From the NCBI RefSeq assembly GCF_006345805.1, contig NC_043001.1:129704001-129768000 (forward strand): a DNA stretch of 64,000 nucleotides. The letters run 5' to 3'. The notes beneath the pieces were generated by a model. It had not been told where the DNA came from, did not search any database, and was given only the letters and a program-made list of their open reading frames with translations. Shown here piece by piece: positions 25,370 through 37,094 of the stretch; position 1 is the first letter of the stretch, and every line of letters begins with the position of its first letter. The position numbers and the translations under genes were made by a program. Source of the DNA: Octopus sinensis (Eukaryota).

Positions 25370-25413
<44 letters not shown>

Positions 25414-25442
25414 ATACACACACACACATACACACACACACA

Positions 25443-25474
<32 letters not shown>

Positions 25475-25495
25475 TACACACACACTCATACACAT
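24908..25495. repeat. Long degenerate (CA)n/CATA/CTCATA satellite
   Basis: About 590 bp; source of the poly-HT/CV ORFs. Confidence 0.97.
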
Positions 25496-25696
25496 ATAGA
25501 CATTTACATTTGCATGTGTAAGTGTGTTTGTATAAAAATGATTAATGAAAGAATAGTTTTAGGTCTGCAGATAGTTTACATATACGCACACACATATATA
25601 CAGGCATATTATGTGTATATGTGTATATATAAATAAACACACACACACACACACACACACACGCATACAAATATTTTCATATATACAAATACACAC

Positions 25697-26080
25697 AGGC
25701 GTGGCTGTGTGGTAAAAAGCTTGCTTCCGAACTACATGGTTTTGGGTTCAGTCCCACTGCATGGCACCTTAAGCAAGTATCTTCTGCTATAGCCTCGGGC
25801 TGACCAAAGCCTTGTGAGTGGATTTGGTAGACAGAAACTGAAAGAAGGATGTCGTATATATATATACATACATATATATATATATATATATATGTGTATG
25901 TGTGTGTGTGTGTGTGTGTGTGTTTGTATCCCCAACATTGCTTGACAACCGATGTTGGTGTGTTCGGCAAAAGTGACCAATAAAATAAGAGCTAGGTTTA
26001 GGAGGAATAAGTCCTGGGGGTCAATTTGTTCAACTAAAGGCGGTGCTCCAGCATGGCCACAGTCAAATAAATGAATAAAA
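25697..26080 (+). mobile_element. SINE family A
   Basis: Family A head, body and tail with a small deletion. Confidence 0.88.
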
Positions 26081-26416
26081 GAATGCATATATTTATATAT
26101 ATACACACACACATATATCAGTTTATCTGCATGCCAGGTTCTTATTATATAGCACATACACACACACACATACATATTGATATGAACATCATTATTCCCA
26201 TGTGGTTCACACTCACATTATCATTTTTACAAGTGTTTTGTCCATACTAGTATAGGTTAGAGGAGGCCTATTGAGGCAGTATCCTACAGCAGGATACCCT
26301 TCCTGTTGCCAACCCTTAGTAGTTTTTCAAATAAGATATTGTTATTCCACAGGTCTTCACAAAAACAATGAAACTGATAAGGTTTGGGACATAGTATACA
26401 TATGTTATATAAACAA

Positions 26417-26812
26417 ACTAGCAGTATCGCCTGGCGTTGCTCGGGTTTGTAAGGGAAATAACTATATAAGCATTTTTAGAGAGTTATAGCCAAAAAATAG
26501 CAAAAAACTGCAGTAAAAATGGAAAAAAATGATGGTAAATTTTTTTAAATCGTTAACTCATCGTAGACATTTTTAGAGAGTTACTTCCCTTATATAATAG
26601 CGAAAAAATGCATTAAAATGGAAATAAATGATGGTAAATTTTTTTAAAATCGTAGACTCATTGTAGACGCGCACTAATACCAAGAAGGGCTCGATATGAA
26701 TCACGACTATAAGATACCCGGTTTTGGTTAAACTGCACTGCAAAATGTGGGAGTAGTTAGGAATCTAAATCGTAGGAGACAGACACACAACCTTACTTTT
26801 ATATATAAAGAT
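26417..26812 (+). mobile_element. Non-autonomous Helitron/Helentron-like element (copy 2)
   Basis: Near-identical to 6469-6870, with the same termini. Confidence 0.65.
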
Positions 26813-27204
26813 ATACCATTGAACAGTGTCATTGTGAAGACATGAAAAAACTAACACACATACACAACAGGTTTCCATAAAGTTTCTGTTGATTAATTTC
26901 CATCACAAGTACTTGACCTCAGATTATAGTGGAAGACACTTGTTTCAGATCTCACACACACACTGGCATGACCAAATTTCATATCAGTAGGTCAAAATAG
27001 TGTCCCATTAGCTCACATCTTACAAATCTTCAGAGTCTGATGGGTCATGAAATGAAAATGTATCCCATCTTCAGTAATCAAGCTAGATCAGCAAGAGTAA
27101 AATATTGTATAACCTACTTCATTATAAACCTGCTGTTGAGTTCTCCTATTCAATATCTTAGTTTGTGTCCCAATCAACAAACACTGTTTCCCATATACAT
27201 ACAT

Positions 27205-27412
27205 ATCATCATCATCATCATCATCATTTAGCGTCCGCTTTCCATGCTAGCATGGGTTGGACAGTGCAACTTGGGTCTGGGAAGCCAGAAGGCTGCACCA
27301 GGCCCAGTCTGATCTGGCAGTGTTTCTACGGCTGGATGCCCTTCCTAACGCCAACCACTCCATGAGTGTAGTGGGTGCTTTTTACGTGCCACCCGCACAG
27401 GTGACAGACGGA
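27205..27412 (-). mobile_element. RTE family 2 3' end
   Basis: (ATC)n, GCGTCCGCTTTCCATGCTAGCATGGGTTGG, GATGCCCTTCCTAACGCCAACC. Confidence 0.88.
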
Positions 27413-27688
27413 GCTGGCAACCTGCCAGACGGATATATATATATACTTTTATTATTGAAGCTGAAGAAGCATCCCACAAAAAGTTTGACTCAGAATTTCA
27501 CATTCCTGTTTGTCAAACTGTTGTGATCAGCCATGAGCACAATTGTCTGATGAACAGGAATGTGAAACTCTGAATTACAGTTTTTTGTGATGTTTTTTCA
27601 GCTTTAATAAAAAACGACATATTACTCTACTTTTGATATTTGAGTACTATTTCTTCCACCCGGTTTTGCCTTTACGTGCTTACTTGTA

Positions 27689-27729
<41 letters not shown>

Positions 27730-27744
27730 AAAAATTATATATAT

Positions 27745-28078
27745 AAAAAATACAAAATGGGACAAGAACGCAAAAAACACGAAGAGATGACACAAAGAAC
27801 GGACGGGTCATTCGAAGCCTCTAATCTTCAGTCAGGAACCGGATTGTCCTAGCAAATTTCGGCTAATTAATCCTGATATCGCTCAGATCCGGCTAGCCCC
27901 AAGGAAAAACTAAGCTGCGAGCATTAGATTTCTTGGAAAGAGGATCGAATGTATACGAAACAAGGACAGAAAAACGGACGATGCCACACGAATATAAATA
28001 CAAAAAACAAAAGTAAAATTAAAAACAAGCATGGTAATAACGGGACAAAAACAGCGGGTGTCCTACGACTTTAGACAA
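27745..28078. mobile_element. (TA)n-associated ~330-bp repeat (Penelope-like remnant, uncertain); homologous to 50231-50594
   Basis: Shared AAAATACAAAATGGGACAAGAACGCAAA...GTCATTCGAAGCCTCTAATCTTCAGTCA...GCATTAGATTTCTTGGAAA. Confidence 0.55.
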
Positions 28079-28393
28079 TATATATATACATATGTAAATA
28101 TATACACATGCACATACATATGGATATAAATATATGTACATACACATACATGGATACATAAATATATATACATACACATACATATAAAAATATACATACA
28201 TACATACATACATACATACATAAATACATACATATAAAGGAATACAAAAAAATGGACAAGAACGCAAATGATTCAGAGACAAGCCATATCAAGATATCTA
28301 CAGAATCAGGAATGTGAGAGCACCATGATTTCACTGCAAGCAAAAGACCCTCACAATGTTCAATGCCATTCCCTGAATATATATATCCATACA

Positions 28394-28510
28394 TTGGCCT
28401 GCTCGCTTAGGCAGTGGGGTGGCGTCATTCGAAGGCTAAAACAATGCGAGCGCATTCTGACCAGCGATGTGTAACTACATCTGATGGGCTGGTCGGTCAC
28501 GTGATCACGT
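28394..28510 (+). mobile_element. Tail-only (5'-truncated) SINE family C type 1
   Basis: TTGGCCTGCTCGCTTAG...GGTCGGTCACGTGATCACGT without a head. Confidence 0.8.
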
Positions 28511-29365
28511 AATATACATACATATATACACATATATATATATATATATACATACATATATATACATATATATATATACATACATATATATAATTATAGA
28601 TATACAAACATATACATACATATATATACATATATATATATACATACATATATATGAAAATAAAAATATATATATACATACATACATACATACATACACA
28701 CACAGAGGGATGGACAAAAAGAAGAAACAGTACTACGTTTATATACGTATGTGTGTGACTCAGCGTACCCAGTGACTGAGAAAATTATGGGTCAGTGTTT
28801 ATATATATACATATATATATATGTGTATGTATGTATGTATGTATGTTACTACTGTATTTAAATGTGTGCGTGTGGTAAGTTTGTGGAGTAAAGACATTTC
28901 TGGGTTAAGCAGTGCAAGTGTATATGGAGGTGTTGGTCCAGGAATGAATAGATTATTTGCATTAATCAATGTGTTTAGGTTGTTGTGAGCATCAATTATG
29001 CTATGCATACATTAATAAATATGTTTGCTTAGGTACATATGTTTTATTGATGTATTACTGTACGTTTGTGAAGGCATCTATACATCGGTGTACATATATG
29101 TGCATATGTGTGTGTGTGTATATAGATATATATATATGTATATACATATAAGTATAAGCATAGAGAGAGAGAAATAGAGAGAGAGAAGGGAGAGAGAATG
29201 AGAGAGATAAACATTTATTTTCATACTTATGGAAATGCATTTAATTATGCATGCATGTATTAGTGTTTGTGTACATGTGTGTGTGTATATGTGTTTGTGT
29301 ATATGCATGTGTGTATATGTATATACATACATATATATACACACACATACATATACACATGTGTT

Positions 29366-29415
<50 letters not shown>

Positions 29416-29418
<3 letters not shown>

Positions 29419-29575
29419 CAAATGAAAGATGGAAGATGGAATATACAAGAATTTATTATTAATCATGACAATTGTTTCAACATATCTAGCATTGATCCCT
29501 CATGGATGGGATACTCAACAACTGGTTCAGAAGCATCCTGTGGTGCAGATGTATCTCGTCAGGAGATAAACAGAT
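29416..29575 (-). mobile_element. (TA)n-adjacent element with hammerhead-like motif (long stem II)
   Basis: Minus strand: CUGACGA (29556-29562) G AUACAUCU...AGAUAUGUU GAAAC AAUU GUC (triplet at 29467-29469). Confidence 0.6.
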
Positions 29576-30011
29576 ACAACTCGTTAACATAACAGTTCCA
29601 CAATGTAACTTCTTGTTTTGTAGAGAGAAAATAGCCAGACAGAGAAAATATATTCATTTATGTAGAAGATCAAAAATAAAATCACAGATGAAAAAAAAGA
29701 GAAACGAACATGTAATCCAACGAGAAAAGTATTAAAAATAAGCGTTAACAAATATGGATGTGTAAGTGCCCTCTGGCAAGCTGCATGGCATGAGTACACT
29801 CGCTCATACAAGCATCCGTGAAAATATGAGCATATGCACATATGAGGTTTGGTGCACTCATGATCACAAAGTGAGTTAACTATCTACTTGGTGTTTGTAA
29901 GAATTTTGAAGGTTAAAAGTAAGCTTAAGTCAGCCATACCTTAAAGTAAATCAAATTATGTTAATGGGGACTCAAAATTGATTCCCACTGCATTGTGCAA
30001 AAGTACATTTA

Positions 30012-30393
30012 TGGAAGCACTCCGTCGGTTACGACGATGAGGGTTCCGGTTGATCCGAATCAATGGAACAGCCTGCTCGTGATATTAACGTGTAAGTGGC
30101 TGAGCACTCCACAGACACGTGTGCCCTTAACATAGTTCTCGGGGATATTCAGCGTGACACAGAGAGTGACAAGGCTGGCCCTTTGAAATACAGGTACAAC
30201 AGAAACAGGAAGTAAGAGTGAGAGAAAGTTGTGGTGAAAGAGTACAGCAGGGATCACCACCATCCCTGCCAGAGCCTCGTGGAGCTTTTGGTGTTTTCGC
30301 TCAATAAACACTCACTACGCCCGGTCTGGGAATCGAAACCGCGATCGTATGACCACGAGTCCGCTGCCCTAACCACTGGGCCATTGCGCCTCC
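30012..30393 (-). mobile_element. SINE family C, tail type 2
   Basis: Same head as family C1; tail GTACCTGTATTTCAAAGGGCC...CACGAGCAGGCTGTTCC...GACGGAGTGCTTCCA. Confidence 0.9.
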
Positions 30394-31047
30394 ACATTTA
30401 TATGCATGTAGGTATCTCAAGAATCTTTCAGAAATTCTGTTAATGATCTTCTCATTATCCTACAGAATAGACAGAGATTCCTCAGAGCATCTCCTGGAAA
30501 TTATATTGTATGGTTTCCCGTGACTTACTATGAATCAAGTTATGCTGTACTTCTTTTTATACTCCTTCAGTCACCATACAAAATCTGCCAAAGATGTTGA
30601 ATGTCTCTTATTGATTGTCTTAAAGCTGGTGACATGATTACAACAATGATTCTTAAATGAACCAGCTGTCTGCCGATTGTAAACATATGGCCTTCCCCTT
30701 GTGTGCACAGTACATTTATACATAAGATTTGTACTCATACAGAGATTCATCAAAGAACATTTTGAATTTTCTCTGCATGAGCATTTATCGCATATATTTG
30801 TATATAAGGCAATTCCAACTCCATTTACCAATGTTGTTACTGTGTTAGCTGTATCATAAGTATTTCTACTACTACAATTTGGTCATAATTGGTGTATATC
30901 ATAGTGGTTTACATTTTCTTGGTTGGTATTTAGATGCATATGTTAGCTAGATCCAGTAGGTGGGTTATTGAAAGAAGCCTGTTGTATTAAGCATATATAT
31001 ATATATATAATATATATATAATATTATATATATATATATATATATAG

Positions 31048-31215
31048 GGAGAGTTTATTAAAAAAACAAAAGATGAAGACAGGTGCTGTACAAACAACAA
31101 TATATTAGTATAATGCTCAGGAATAGAAAAAGTCTTTTATGTTTCGAGCCTACGCTCTTCTACAGAAAGGGACACAGAAAAAACAAGGAGAGAAAAAAAA
31201 TGTGTGTAGTGGCTA
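31048..31215 (-). mobile_element. (TA)n-adjacent Penelope-like element with a variant hammerhead-like motif (truncated relative at 10058-10160)
   Basis: Minus strand: CUUU-CUGUAGA-A-GAGC-GUAG-GCUC-GAAAC-AUA-AAAG (31134-31169). Confidence 0.5.
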
Positions 31216-31861
31216 TGTGTATGTTTGTGTGTCTGTGTTTGTCCCCACAACATCGTTTGTCTCCAGCCAGCCGGACAGAAAGACAGACAGACAGATAGAT
31301 AGATAGATAAATGTAAGATCCAAGGATCAAGGTGTCGGAAGAAAGTGCGCTTCAAGCAATCTGTTGGAAATATAAAAAAACAACTTTCAGGAACAATAGG
31401 TTGTGAATTTTTTCCATATCGAAGTATGACGAACTGGAATAATTATTTTGTGCTTCATAGTTGACTGCCAGGGCTGCAAGGTATGCAAATATATACAGAT
31501 TTTGAGCAGTGAATGAGTAGAATACTCCAGAAAATGCTCAAATCTATTATAGATGTGAAGTCAGCATTACCTTTTTTAACTGGGTGATACTTTACAACAT
31601 TACAGCTGTTTCAATGCATTGTTGTATTTGAAAGGCCATGTTGGCTATATATCGATATATACAATAGAGAAATATAGAGAAAGTATTGTCCTTTTGCAAG
31701 GCATTAACTGGTTAATAAAAGCTATATACATGTGTGTGTGTGTGTGCACATATACACATGTAAAATGTGAATAAGGTAAAATGGATAGAAGAACACACTT
31801 TATTGCATTTCACTACAATTGTTTCAACATAGATTTACCAGCAGAAACATTGGTTAAGTAT

Positions 31862-32225
31862 TATCATCATCATCATCATCGTTTAACGTCCACTTTCCAT
31901 GCTAGCATGGGTTGGACGATTTGCCTGAGGACTGACGAACCAGATGGCTGTACCAGTCTCCAATCTGATCTGGCAGAGTTTCTACAGCTGGATGCCCTTC
32001 CTAACGCCAACCACTCCGAGAGTGTAGTGGGTGCTTTTACATGCCATCGGCACAAGGGCCATTCTCCTGGCACTGGCAATGGCCATGCTTGAAATGGCGT
32101 TTTTTACATGCCACCTGCACAGGAGTCAGTCCAGTGGCACTGGCAATGACGTCGCTCGAATGTTTTGTTCACCAGTAAGGTGATGCTGGTAATAATCACG
32201 CTCAAATGGTGCCTTTTATGTGCCC
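31862..32225 (-). mobile_element. RTE family 2 3' UTR with internal repeat units
   Basis: (ATC)n tail, conserved 3' motif, 3-4 degenerate units. Confidence 0.85.
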
Positions 32226-32234
32226 AAATTATAA

Positions 32235-32468
32235 AAGAACCACATCATGTCACTATTATTATTATTACTATTGTTATTATTATTACTATTGTTATTATTA
32301 TTACTATTGTTATTATTATTATTACTATTATTATTATTATTATTACTATTATTATTATTATTATTATTATTCCTATTATTATTATTATTATTATTACTAT
32401 TGTTATTATTATTATTATTACTATTGTTATTATCATTATTATTACTATTATTATTATTATTATTACTA

Positions 32469-32499
<31 letters not shown>

Positions 32500-32748
32500 A
32501 CTATTGTTATTATCATCATTATTACTATTGTTATTATTATTATTATTATTATTACTATTGTTATTATCATCATTATTACTATTGTTATTATTATTATTAT
32601 TATTATTACTATTGTTATTATCATCATTATTACTATTGTTATTATTATTATTATTATTATTACTATTATTATTATTATTACTATTGTTATTATTATTATT
32701 ATTATTACTATTGTTATTATTATTTTTATTATTATTATTACTATTGTT

Positions 32749-32783
<35 letters not shown>

Positions 32784-32785
32784 TC
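32235..32785. repeat. Long (ATT)n array with ACT/GTT/ATC variant higher-order units
   Basis: About 550 bp; source of the poly-I/L/Y ORFs. Confidence 0.97.
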
Positions 32786-33168
32786 CAGCAGTACCAGTGA
32801 ATTACGCCAGCAGCACTGCTGAATTATACCTCTTTGGGTGAGCAAACATAAAGAGTTTGCTAAATCATACCTATATCCCTCCGAATATATACCTTTGAAC
32901 TATATAACTGCAGCGTTATGCAATAAAGTGTTGTTGCTCAATCCATTTTCTGTTATTCATATTTTTGCATAAACACTACAGATATCAGGAAATTGCAGAT
33001 GTATATTCAACGATATATTGATCTCACTACAGTATGATAGCCTTTGTAAGCTGATGCCTGTGGACAAGTTTCATAAAGCAAAATACAAGGTCTATACTTA
33101 TATTGAATTTACACACACACGCACCTGTATATATATATATATATGTGTGTGCATGTGTGTGAATGTGT

Positions 33169-33240
<72 letters not shown>

Positions 33241-33315
33241 TAGTTGTCTAAGAGTCCATAAGTTAGGAAAAAATGCACTCATGTATCTTTCTATAGAGTG
33301 GGTATATTATCCAAT

Positions 33316-33585
33316 GTGTACAGTATTATAATAAATCCATTACCGCCAATCTTACCAAGGGATTCACCGGAGTGTTAGGTAACAATCCAATTATGTAACC
33401 CTACGTTCACCAGAGGTAGCTGATATGGTATGAAATAAGAGAGCAGTCACCATATTTCATTCTGTATCGGCTACCTCTGATGAGCATAGGGTTACATCAT
33501 CGGATTGTTATCAAACACTCTGTTGAATCTTAAGAACAAAACCAATTGGTAAGACTGGCCGTAATGTATATATAATATTGTACAC
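33316..33585. repeat. ~270-bp imperfect fold-back palindrome
   Basis: GTGTACAGTATTATA...TGAAATA, 15-nt loop (33438-33452), TATTTCA...TATAATATTGTACAC. Confidence 0.9.
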
Positions 33586-33799
33586 TTCTGATAATATGTA
33601 CACACACACACGTGTGTGTGGTGCTGGTGCCACATGAAATGCACTCAATACACTCTGTGGAGCTGTTTGTAATAGGAAGGACTTCCAGTTGTAGAAACCA
33701 AGACAGACAATGGAACCTAGTGCAGCCCTTGGCCTCACCAGCTCCTGTTAAACCATCCATTCTATGCCCACATGGAAAGTGGGCATTAAATGATGATGA

Positions 33800-33835
<36 letters not shown>

Positions 33836-33885
33836 ATATATATATATATACATATATCATGATGATGATGATATATGCATATATA

Positions 33886-34280
33886 TTTCTTTATTGCCCA
33901 CAGGGGGCTAAACATAGAGGGGACAAACAAGGACAGACAAAGAGATTAAGTCAATTACATCGACCCCAGTGCATAACTGATACTTATTTAATCGAGCCCG
34001 AAAGTATGAAAGGCAAAGTCAACTTGGTGGAATTTAAATTCAGAACGTAACGGCAGATGAAATACCAATTTCTTTACCACCCACAAGGGGCTAAACACGG
34101 AGAGGACAACGGATTAAGTCGATTATATCGACCCCAGTGCGTAAATGGTACTTATTTAATCGACCTCGAAGGGATGAAAGGCACACTCGACCTCGGTGGA
34201 ATTTGAACTCAGAACGTAGCGGCAGACGAAATACCGCTAAGCATTTTGCCTGGCGTGCTAACGTTTCTGCCAGCTCGCCA
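33886..34280 (-). mobile_element. SINE family B head-to-tail dimer
   Basis: The second unit begins at the internal GGTATTTC site (junction TACC at 34063-34066). Confidence 0.88.
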
Positions 34281-34462
34281 TCCTAATACATATGCATATA
34301 TGTCTTCACACTGTTATCAGAAGTGACAAGAATGAGTTGGCTTCAGGAAAGGCAACTGGCTGTAAAACATAGATTTAAAGGGTCCCATCAAATCCCTGTC
34401 AGCAGATTTAAAAATGATCATATGTATGTTGTGTGTGCACATGCATATAGGTTTGTGTGTGT

Positions 34463-34508
<46 letters not shown>

Positions 34509-34770
34509 ACATGAAGACACAGTTACAGACGCCCACATGGAAAATACATAGACATATGGTAGACAGGCTAATAGATAGGTACATATATTTGCAATAGACA
34601 GAATGATGAATAGACAGACAGCATATCTATTAATGATGTATATGCACAAACTCCACATCAACACACACACACACATAGATAGATAGACATAGATAGGAAG
34701 ACAGACAGATGTGTGTGTTTGCCTGTGTGAGACTTTGGTGTTCATGTATTATGAAGATATGTATATAATA

Positions 34771-34802
<32 letters not shown>

Positions 34803-34904
34803 GATATGCATATTATATATACATACATACATGCACATGCAAACATTTATCTATCTATCTATACATATATATATATATATATATACATATATATATGTGT
34901 ATAT

Positions 34905-34974
<70 letters not shown>

Positions 34975-36529
34975 GCATTTTATAATGTATATGTGTGTGT
35001 GTTTATACACATACACACACATATATGTATATGTCTGAGAGAGAGAGAGAGAGAGGAGTGGAGCGGGGAAAGGAGGGAGGAGATCGATGGTAAGGATGTA
35101 TGGTGTCATATGACATGGCAAGGAAATTACTTTTCTTCTTCAGTGTTGTTTTTTATATTTCCTCCCAGACCCACACTATTGTAAAATGGAAAAGACATAA
35201 ACAAAAAAAAAAACAGAAGAAAAACAAACAGTAAAAACACAGCAAAAAAAAAAATCTGAAGGAAAAAAAACGCAAGAATATGTAGATAAAAAAACTCTGC
35301 CAAAAATACATAATACTACAAGGAACATATACATACATATATACATAAATATTATATGGTGTGTGAGTGTGTTTGTGTGTGTGAATACAGAAATGAACCA
35401 ATGATGTACTGTATACTCCTGTATTATAGTGGTGTATATGGTTTATGTAGGGGTGGTAGAGAGAATGGGAAGGTGCAAGGTTTGGAGGAACTGTCTGGTC
35501 TGAGCTGGATGGAAAGGGAACTGTATGGTGAGGGGGTGGTTGCATCGCTGGGCTGAGTGGGGTGGGTGGGTGGGTGGGTAAGGTTGAGATGGTTTCGGAA
35601 GGTGTAGGCAGGCGAGCAGGCGGATGCACAGACAAGGGTGGGAAAGCGAAAAGAGGGGGTGGGGTGGGGTGGGGGAAAGGATATGCTAGAATGGGTGAGA
35701 ATGGGAACAGTAAGTATTTTTCCCCTAGTTTATATAGAAAAGAGGGAGAGATTGAAGAAGAGAGAGAGAGAGAGAGGGAGAGAAGGGGGCAGGAAAGAGA
35801 GGGTTGGGAATAATAAGAAGAGTCCTTTCCTCATTACAAAATATAAGACAAAAATATATAAAGATAATTTTGAAAAAAAAAAAAAAGAAAAAAAGAAAGA
35901 GAAGAAAATAAAATCTTGGGGTGTGCAGAGTAGATGGGGATGTGATTGGGGGAGATGTAGACAACAAAAGTTTTGCTCAGTACGAAAACAATAACAGTTA
36001 TCCTACAAATAATATTAGCTGAAGTGTCCCCACCCATAATGCAAACCCCACCCTTCCGTTGCTCGTGCCTCCTTTTTGCCGCTGCTTATGCCTCAGCCTC
36101 CTCCTTCTGCCTCCTTGCCTTTTATGCTGTTACTTACCAGGTTCCTCCCCCACCCCCACCCCGCCTCACTCCGAACTCACCACTCCTCCACCTCCAACCT
36201 CTACCTCCACCTTTCACTCCCACATCTACGTGATAAAGGCAAAGAAACTTAACAAATTAAATGATGCTCTTACTGGACACACATACATCAACGTGCACGC
36301 AGACATGCACACATACATATTAACACAGATAAGTTCAAGTACACACACACACAACACACACACACACACACACAAACCATAACTCATTTCCATCTACAAC
36401 ACAGAAAAGAATCCTAAGATGCTAGAATAAAATAGAATATTATATTGATGGCAAACCAAAATGGGTATATGAATGTTAAATTTTATGGGTATCTGCGTAT
36501 ATATATATTATATATATATATATATATAA

Positions 36530-36650
36530 GAAAATGGGATGACAAAGGAATAAATTATTATTTTATGAACTTCATCAGCTTACAGCTGTTTCTCCTATAA
36601 GATTAAGTGTACCCATAGTTGAATGCTCTATAGCTTCATCAGAGCCTCAA
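36530..36650 (-). mobile_element. (TA)n-adjacent element with the best hammerhead-like motif in the window
   Basis: Minus strand: GGCU-CUGAUGA-A-GCUAUAG...CUUAUAGG-A-GAAAC-AGCU-GUA-AGC (36577-36646). Confidence 0.65.
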
Positions 36651-36702
36651 ATGTAAAGTGTTTGTATATATGTATACATGTATGTATATGTGTATGTATA
36701 TG

Positions 36703-36746
<44 letters not shown>

Positions 36747-37094
36747 TGTATATATATACATGTATGTATATGTATATATATATAGATATATATAATATAT
36801 ACATGTATGTATAATTATATATATATAATATATATATATATATATACATGTATGTATATGTATATATATATATCTATATATATATATATCTATACACGTG
36901 TAGTATAGGTATATATATATATATATATAATATATATATGTATGTATCTATACTATATATATAGTATATATATATATACATGTATGTATATGTTATATAT
37001 ATATATATATATTATATATAGAGAGAGAGAGAGACACACACACACACACACACACATTCATTTCCCTCCCTTTTCTCTTTCTCTCTCTCTCTCA

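Noticed and set aside
27820-27900. Possible hammerhead in the 27745/50231 family (minus strand CUGACUGAAG...CUUCGAAUGAC)
   Set aside because: It needs an insertion in the core and lacks A15.1 and a stem III; not supportable
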